From: Eledone cirrhosa
Lineage: Eukaryota
Reading direction: 5' to 3'
NCBI GenBank assembly: GCA_964016885.1
Contig: OZ024747.1
Coordinates: 85,808,001-85,872,000, forward strand
Length of the DNA stretch: 64,000 nucleotides
Shown here: positions 55,101-64,000 of the stretch, piece by piece
How the letters are laid out: each line of letters opens with the position of its first letter
Numbering within the stretch: the stretch's first letter is position 1
Position numbers and translations under genes: made by a program
Notes under the pieces: generated by a model
Database searches by the model: none
What the model was told of the DNA's origin: nothing
What the model saw: the letters and a program-made list of their open reading frames with translations, nothing else

Positions 55101-56560
55101 TTATACTTCTCTTAGGTCAGTGTTGTTTGTTTGGGTGTTGTTGTTATTCCATTCATTCTTTCTGTTTAGCCTTGGCCTTCTAAGTTCTATTTCACTGGCC
55201 TCTCTGATTTGCCTATCTGCTGGGTCATTTCTATGTTTAGATATTATTCTAATTTCTATGTTGTCTATGTTACCGTCGTGTTGTTGTCTGGCATGTTCGT
55301 ATAGTATTGAACCGTTTTTTCGTCCTTTTAGTTCCCCCCAGTGTTAGTCTATCCTTTCACCTATGCTACGAGCTGTCTCGCCTATGTATGTTGTTGTCAT
55401 GTTTCTGCAAGTACCCTCTGTACATCTTATGCTATAGACTACGTTTCTAGTTTTACAGTTTATCCGGGGGTTTACCTTACATATGATACATTTCCTATTA
55501 GTACAGTGGGTTTTCTTAAAAGGGTAGGTTTTGCTGATCAGGGATTTTATGGTGGTTCCTGGCTTTTCTACCACCTTAATCTTTAAGTGGGTCTTTCTCA
55601 GGGGCTTTCTACACTGGTTAGCTAATTTCCCTCCAGGGGTGGCGTCCACAAACATGACACTCTGATATCTCTGGTTGTCGTACCATGATGTGGCCTTCCC
55701 TATCTTATGTCTAGCCCTATCTAAGCTATTCCATGATTTGCTCCTGTATAGTGGGCAAATACCTTTCATGTCCAGTTCTATGAGGGTCTTATACTTTTCC
55801 ATGGCTCCTTCGTATACTCTGATTCCGTCTCTTTGGTTGTAGCCAGAGAACTGCATGCGGTTGATGAAGTGTTGGATGTGTCTTTCCATTTCTGTTGGGT
55901 CGCACATGCTGGACACATTCTTCATCACTCGTACCAAATCTGCGATCAGAATATTAAACTTAGCACTACTGGACATTGCTGAGTTTTTGAGTATCAGGTA
56001 TTTGGAGGCCATGGGTTTAGCATAGTGTGAGTGGAGAATTTGGGCTCTCTCGTCTATAGTGTTAATCCAGAGTTCCGTGTCTAATACAGGTAGTCTATTG
56101 TTAGGGTGTTTGGAAGGGTAGTCGATAGTTACAGTTATACTCTGGTGTATGGAATTAGCTATCTGCTGGATGCTTTCCATCGTGCTACGTTCTAAATCAA
56201 ACTTGTTAGTGCTCTCTTTTGGGGATGTTCTTATAACTATATTGATATCGTCTACGTAACGAGAGTACCTGATGAGGTCTATGGATATCTCATTAAGGAG
56301 ATCTTTAAGTCTCCTTTCCCACCATACCATAAAAAGGTTGGCAACATCACCAGCTATGCTGACGCCAATGGCTGCTCCCTCATTTTGGGTGTAGATCTTC
56401 TCGTTGAACTTGAATATGTGGCCCTTTAGGGTAGTTTTGATACTAGCCCCTATTGCATGTGCGACCATTTTTCTTACCTGATCATTGTTTTGGGGGGTCC
56501 GTATAGCTTTGGTCCACCAATCCACCTTCCCATGGGAGTCTTTTTAGCCATTGAGGTTAT
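55101..56560 (-). pseudogene. PLE reverse transcriptase (C-terminal half) plus GIY-YIG endonuclease, with a premature stop at 55344-55346
   Basis: QNEGAAIG, RYVDDI, LPVLD, Cys linker CTNRKCIIC, NVVYSIRC...YIGETAR; read-through continues ...RQIREASEI...LNRKNEW to the stop at 55101-55103. Confidence 0.93.
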
Positions 56561-56814
56561 GGTGGGGGGTCTACCTCTTATGGGTCTAGTGGCACAATAA
56601 CAACAAACACACATATAAATACACACTAGTAAAGATAGAATACATTAACCAATACACAGTCACCCAATCACGAACACACATCAAACAAAACACTATACAC
56701 ACACGCAAACGCATGCGCAAAGAAGACAAAATAAAATAAACAAATAAATAAATATATAAACAGACTAAATAAAGATGGCGTAGAAAATTCAATGCAACGG
56801 GAGGAAACAAAAGC

Positions 56815-56856
56815 ACCACTGACGATGCTGCAGATGTGCAACGAAAGAACTTTGAT
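56815..56856 (+). ncRNA. Hammerhead motif in the inverted pLTR
   Basis: acca-CTGACGA-t-gctgca gatg tgcaac-GAAA-gaactt-tgat. Confidence 0.7.
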
Positions 56857-57119
56857 AAACTATATATATGTGTTTGTGTCTATATTGTATTTGTATTATT
56901 TTTGACCGTTGGTCAGTCAATGGCAACATTGAGGACCGAATAAATTAGATTACCGATATAAAAGACTCAGCAGCGAAAAGCGAAAACCAACCAAACAGTG
57001 AGTGTGTTCTGTTATTAATTCTGGCAATATTACACAAATATGACCCTCCCCAAGTATAACAATATTTGTTTCGACACACGATTTCATATCAAAAACCTCG
57101 CAAAACTAATTCATCGCCG

Positions 57120-57195
<76 letters not shown>

Positions 57196-57350
57196 AGGTA
57201 TATAGACTAATAGATAGTTAGTAATATACATATAGATGTGAACCCGTAACTCCTGATGGAGTCGTAAGTGACAAACGGCTTTTTAGGCCTTTTTTTTTTT
57301 CAATGTGACAGAGACCACTCAAAACAGCCGTCTTCTGAAAAAGAGCGCGC

Positions 57351-57395
<45 letters not shown>

Positions 57396-57740
57396 TGTGT
57401 GTGTGTATGTGTGTGTGTGTGTGTGCGTGCGTGCGAGAGAGAGAGTTGAAGTAAGAAAGAGATATAGAGGAAAAATCGACCCTAGTACTTGAATTGGACT
57501 GTTTTATCGACTTCAAAATGGTGAAAGTCAAAAGTCTAACCACTCTACATATTCGTTGCCTTTTTATATAGAAATATATGAGACATGCGGGCAATTAAAT
57601 AAGAGAGGAATGAGACAATAAGTAAAAACAAAACATAGAGAAAACAAATGTTAGACAAATATGGAGAGTTTAGAGATGAAATATAAAAATAAACGGAAAA
57701 AGAGAAAGAGAGTGTAAGAGAGAGAGAGAGAGATTTAAAG

Positions 57741-57771
<31 letters not shown>

Positions 57772-58071
57772 GGGGGGAAAGAAAGAGAACGAGAGAGGTT
57801 TAAAGAGTGATGGAGAAGGATGAGATGATTGTAGAAATATTAAATAATGTATGAAGAAAATAATGGAAAACATTACATAATAGGAAGGGTTGAAGTGAGG
57901 GGTGGGGGTGGAGTCAGACAAATATACTGACATGCAGTTGCAGACAGACAGAGTAGGTAGAGATATACATAGCTTAGTGGGGTGAGGAAAGACTGGGTGG
58001 AAATGGATAGCTCTGTACCCACTGACAGGAAATGTGACCCTCATATATATATATGTATATATATATATATA

Positions 58072-58160
<89 letters not shown>

Positions 58161-58604
58161 ATATTCATATGTGTATATGTATGTACAGTATATACATACA
58201 TATGTATATCTTGACACTTCCGAAATTGTAATAACCTTGACTTTTGGATGCCAAGATGCCATATTCTTTCTTTATTTCTTTTGTTTTTTTATTTATTTAT
58301 TGGTTTATATAAATCTTACTGCCATAAATGCGGGAATACCAATGTACACATATACATATGTACACACATGTACACACACAGACATACATGCACACACGTA
58401 AACACATATATATATATAAACATATTCATATATATGTATTATAATTTGTTCTACATCATATATACTGTACAATCACTCTGAATGACAGGTGTAGCTGCAC
58501 TTTTCTGATCAGTCCATACTCACAGAAACTAATTAGTACGGGCGATTTGGTATGCAATTTGCCATAACCTATGTGGAGCCGTCTCCATTACGACTAATAT
58601 ATAT

Positions 58605-58784
58605 AATTGTTTCTACTTTTGGCACAAGGCCAGCAAATTACCCAGTGTATTACTGGTACTTTATTTTATCGACCCCGTAAGGATGAAAGGCAAAGTTAAC
58701 CTCGGCGGGATTTGAACTCAGAATGGCAAGGGCCGTAACTCTTTGAGTCAAAACATGGCGTCCGACCCTCTACCAATACTGCCA
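58605..58784 (-). mobile_element. SINE family A
   Basis: Consensus match; TSD actaatatatataat. Confidence 0.92.
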
Positions 58785-59193
58785 CTAATATATATAATGT
58801 ACACTATGAGAAACTGTTTTGTATGTTCCCATGTACAAATCATGTCTCATATAGTGAATAATGGACCAGCTGGGGTTATACGGATTCCTATGCAACTGGT
58901 GAGGAAGGGAAGAAGAACCCAGCAGAGCAAGAGCTGTCAAAAGGGTAGATGAACACCATTCCAAATGGATTAAATAGACCCACCAACCCACAATTGGCCA
59001 AACGCGGTTTGTTCGGCTACACCTTTGACATGACCAAAACCTAACAGAAAGCGGTGGAGGCCAACCAAGGTCTTAGAAATAGATCATTATTAGATATTTA
59101 TAGATGGGCTTCTAGGCTGAACGGATATTTTAAATTGAATAATTAACAGTAAAAAGTGGGTTATATCGAAGTACATGACTCTAACGAGCCATG

Positions 59194-59267
59194 TACGGGG
59201 TCGATAAATAAAGTACCAGTAATGCACTGGGATAATTGCTGGCCTTGTGCCAAAAGTAGAAACAATT
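59194..59267 (+). mobile_element. SINE family A 3' fragment
   Basis: tacggggtcgataaataaagtacc...agaaacaatt. Confidence 0.85.
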
Positions 59268-59282
59268 ATATATATATATAAC

Positions 59283-62100
59283 TCTATACTTTCATGCCAG
59301 AGGATGAAGCAGTCGTCCAGATATCTCTTCCAGTTTTTTTCTATGTGTAGGTAGAAGAGGTTACCGTATTTTTCTAGAACTTTGCGGTAGAGAGTGGTTT
59401 CCAAATATCCCATGACAAGGTTGGCGTATGAGGGGGCTACTTTCGTGCCCATGGCAGTCCCAGATTTCTGTCTAGTATTTGGTATCGAATTCGAAGAAGT
59501 TGTTTTCCAAGATGAATTTGAGTCCCTCCAACACAAATTCTTTAGGGATGCACTGTGGAAGTTCACTAGGGAAATGTTCCAGCCAGAATTGTATTGCCTC
59601 TATACCTAGGTTGTGTGGGATATTGGAATATAGATTGATGACATCAAAGGTTACTAGTAAGGTATGTTCATTATTAAGTGTTGTTGGGAGGTGGTTGAGC
59701 ATGTCAAGGTTGTCCCTTATGAAGCTTTTTATGTGTTTTAGGAAAGGTTTAAGCAGAATATCTAGGAAGTTGCTTAGGCGGTGGGTTTCACATGTGGTAC
59801 CTGCTATTATGGGTCTTAATTTAAGGTCATCAGGATGGGGTATATTGATGTAAATGTCTGTGGCTTGCTTGCAGGCCCTGCCTATTACCTCGCTTTTGTG
59901 TGTCTTTGGGATACCGTAGAAGAGGCTGGTTCTGCTTTTCAAATTGGTGATGTAGTTGTATTCCTTGTTGGTAAGGCCTTCTTTGTAAAGGGTTGTTAGG
60001 GATTTAAGGTTTCCCATTATTTTCTGTTGTGTGTAGTGCTGGTCCTTTTCGTAATATGTTTGGTTTTCTAGAGTTGAGAGTACTAGAGTCGTGTAGTAAT
60101 ATGTCCTCATAAGGACTACTACACTCCCTTTATCCGCCTCTTTGATTGTTAGGGTTTTGTCGTTCTTTAGACTGTTAAGACCATTCCATTTTTTTTGCTT
60201 AGATTTGTTTTTTGTTTATGTCTGTGTAGGTGGTGGTATGGGTAATTAGTAATGTGTTCGCAGAATTGATCGAGGAATTTGTTCTTGCCTTTTGGTGGGG
60301 TGTAGTTGCTTCTATTTCTGGCTATTGAGTCATCCTCATTGTATTTGTCGTATAGTTGCTCGCTGAGTCTTAGTTTTCTACAGAAGTCTGCAATATCTTC
60401 CTTCATTTCGGGGTAGTTTGGTCGTTGGAGAGTTGGTGTAAATTTCAGACCTTTGGAGAGTATGTTGATTTGGTCTGTTGTTAATTCTTTAGAGGTTAAA
60501 TTAACGATTTTTATTACATTTTGTGTCTCCTGTGTGTTTTGTGTTATATTGTTACCCTGTGTCTGTGTGTTGTGTCTAAAAAATGACTACGGAAGTTGTG
60601 GTGGTTATTGAAGTTTGGATGTCTCTTATGGTTGTATTGGCTCCTGCTGTTGTTGTTAGAGGCTGTGTAGCTGTGGTGGTTTTGAAGTTAGGTTGTATCG
60701 TGTGGTTGTATTGAGCCCTGCTGTTGTTGTTGTAGGATGTGTAGATTTGATGGACGTGGTTATAGGGTGTGTAGTTGTGGTGGTTGTTGAAATTGGGTTG
60801 TATCGTATGGTTGTGTTGAGGCCTGCTGTTGTTGTAGGGTGTGTAAACTTGGTGGTAGTTGTAGTAGGGTTGTATTGTGTGGTTATATTGAGTCCTGCTG
60901 TTGTTGTTGTATGGTGTGTAGTTATGGTGTCTCGTGTGGTTGTATTGTCCCCTGCTGGTGTTGTTGTAGTAGGTTGTGGTTAGTGGAGGAGAGTAGATTA
61001 GGGTTTCCTTATAGTTGGTGTGTGGTGTGATTATGAGACCCTATGTGGCATGTGTGGTAGTTGTGTATTTTGGGTTCTATGTTGAAAGTAATGATGGCTG
61101 TGGGTTTGTTGTGTGGGGAAGTTAGTGGGGTTGTAAGTGTGGGGGATTCTATGGTTGTTTCTGGTGGGAGAGAAGTTGTAGCGTCTATCTTGTAGCTGAT
61201 GTTTCTCTATTACTATATTTGATGCTTGGGAATCCGTGTGGACAGCTATATGGTGAGTGTAGGATGTAGGGGCGAAGTGATGCCTTCTTTTTTTGGTATG
61301 TGGGGAGGTATTGTTTTTTTGTTGTTGTTGGTTGTTGTGTGGTGTTTGGGTGGTGATGGGGTTTTCTTGTTATTATGGTTTTAATGAAGGGGTTCTTGGA
61401 TGTGTGTTCTTTTTGGAAAAGTATTTCATAGTTAGAGAACCAGGTTTCGTTTATTTCCCAACGTTGAAGGGATTTTAATTCTTCCTTATTACAGTCCTCT
61501 AACCATAGTTTTGAAATATTTTCTAGGGTGGTGTCTTTGGTTTTATTGATAATTGCTTGATTAATCTCATCGTCGATTCATTTGATCCTATCTTCATTTG
61601 CTTGGCCTCTCAATTTAAGGAGTTCGATTTCGGTTTTTATGAGGCGTCTTTGTGTCTCCGGTTCGTTTGGGATGGATTTAATTTGTAGTTTGCGGTGAAG
61701 GATTAATGGGGATGAGTTAATCCATTTTTCATAGATCTCCGCTTTGTTATTATTTTGTATCATCTTCCAAAAGGAGAATTTCCTGTTTTTAAGAGATGTG
61801 TACCATTGTGGTATTAATTTGTTTTTTATTTGGTAAGTTGTAAGTGTATTAGTGTCTTGTGTTTTTTCGTTCGCTTGAATAGGATTTGTGTTATTATTCA
61901 GGTGTGTTTTTATTGTTTATCATAAATTGTTGATATTGTCGTTGATTTCATAGGATGTGTATTTGAGTATTGTTTCTTCACTTGTAGAATTAAGTTTGTT
62001 GGTGAGTATTGACAAATTAGAGTTTATTTTTTGTAGTTCTAGGAGTATCTCTTGATTGATGCTAATGAGAGTGGAGTCTGTTTTTGTTTTAGTAGGCATT
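59283..62100 (-). pseudogene. Second Penelope-like (Neptune-type) element: N-terminal region and RT, frameshifted, 3' part missing
   Basis: IVNLTSKELT..LSKGLKFTPT, TIKEADKGS, FYGIPKTHK, LRPIIAG, VTFDVINLYSNI, GTAMGTKVAPSYANL, WKRYLDDCF. Confidence 0.92.
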
Positions 62101-62119
62101 TTCTGTATCTCGTGTGGGA

Positions 62120-62904
<785 letters not shown>

Positions 62905-62929
62905 TATACATATTTATATATGTAGGAAA

Positions 62930-63110
62930 GGTGGATTGGCAGTATCGGTAGAGGGTTTGACGCCATGCTTTCCAGCATAGTTACGTCCCTTTATGATCTG
63001 AGTTCAAATCCCGCCGAGGTTGACTTTGCCTTTCATCCTTACGGGGTCGATAAAATAAAGTACCAGTAATGCACTGGGTAATTGCTGGCCTTGTGCCTAA
63101 AGTAGAAACA

Positions 63111-63113
<3 letters not shown>
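62930..63113 (+). mobile_element. SINE family A
   Basis: Consensus match; duplicated flanks. Confidence 0.92.
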
Positions 63114-63178
<65 letters not shown>

Positions 63179-63414
63179 TTATATATGTAGGAAAATGTTT
63201 AACCCCGACGGCAAAGCTCAAGCCGTTTCGGGGTTAAACATTTTCCTATTACCCACTCTTGTACCCTAAGTAGTGGTGCGTTATGGTCCATCTGGTTCCT
63301 TACCACACTTCCTTCGTTTATGGATGCGTGTATGTATATATTTAATTTCAATTACCTCTGTATTTTATTTACTTTATTCTTAACTCTGAAGCCGAGAATC
63401 ATTCGGTTTCCTAA

Positions 63415-63842
63415 ATAGAATTTTAATCTACGACTTCAGTTATACCATTTACGTGGTTTTGTCTTTGCGTGTAATTGTTCTCACCGCTCCATATAATGAC
63501 GTATTATCTTCGTTTTTTCCGTTCATTGCCAGAGAAAATCTACATGAAACACCTAATAGAATATTAGTCTACGACTTCATTTAAACCATAAACGTGGGTT
63601 TGTCTTTGCGCGTAATTGTTTTCACCGCACCAAAATAATGACGTATTATCTTCGTTTTTTTCCCGTTCTTCGCTAGGGAACGTTTCCACGAAACAAAGTA
63701 TCGTCTTCCTGTCTTCCTTCGGTTGTAATGTTTTTTGAAATATTTATTTCTGCTTTCACAGATTGACTTTTTTAGTTTCTGAAGATCCCGTTAAGGGTGA
63801 AAGCTGCGATTCTTTGCTTAAACTTTAATCTGTTATTTTAAT
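63415..63842 (+). mobile_element. pLTR family X copy with ~140-bp tandem units
   Basis: Homologous to the arms of 30148-31124; ends in (TA)n. Confidence 0.85.
63774..63824 (+). ncRNA. Type I hammerhead ribozyme motif (family X)
   Basis: agttt-CTGAAGA-t-CCC gttaa GGG-t-GAAA-gc tgcgattcttt gcT T-aaact; stem I agttt/aaact. Confidence 0.8.
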
Positions 63843-63890
63843 AATATATATATTATATATATTTTAATAATATATATATATATATATTTT

Positions 63891-63997
<107 letters not shown>

Positions 63998-64000
63998 TAT

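Larger units (their letters stand above)
54589..57065 (-). mobile_element. 5'-truncated Penelope-like element with inverted pLTRs (54589-55060 and 56592-57065)
   Basis: ~470-bp arms are reverse complements, each carries an HHR core, and they enclose an RT plus GIY-YIG coding region. Confidence 0.93.

Noticed and set aside
55344-55346. Selenocysteine read-through in the PLE ORF
   Set aside because: The stop is TAA, not TGA; an ordinary nonsense mutation.
54835-56819. Hydrophobic ORFs 54835-55347 and 56586-56819
   Set aside because: Antisense readings of the A-rich pLTR arms.
57253-57280. CTGATGGA-GTC..GAC-AAA, and the half core at 51339-51352
   Set aside because: Core incomplete; at most decayed remnants, so not counted.

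Overview
Eukaryotic, AT-rich, repeat-saturated non-genic (intergenic or intronic) DNA; the SINE families look like those of octopus/coleoid cephalopods (inference, not verified). No host protein-coding gene is recognisable, and almost all ORFs in the track are translations of microsatellites. Supported content: the 3' end of a Gypsy LTR retrotransposon with a ~99-bp LTR; a complete non-autonomous LTR element with a tRNA-Trp PBS, PPT and TSD; two Penelope-like elements (PLEs); R4-like and RTE LINE fossils; two non-autonomous Helitrons; a MITE; more than 20 copies of a tRNA-derived SINE; and several mini- and microsatellites. The most striking hidden signal is a swarm of hammerhead-ribozyme (HHR) motifs: about 10 with an intact CUGANGA/GAAA core plus several degenerate ones, in at least 6 unrelated sequence families. 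They sit in PLE pseudo-LTR remnants next to (TA)n tracts, and many form fold-back palindromes whose inversion junctions fall in or next to the ribozyme. A 33-unit 75-bp minisatellite carries 31 let-7 seed matches and a hidden start-less reading frame. All calls were made by eye; coordinates are good to a few bp unless stated otherwise.
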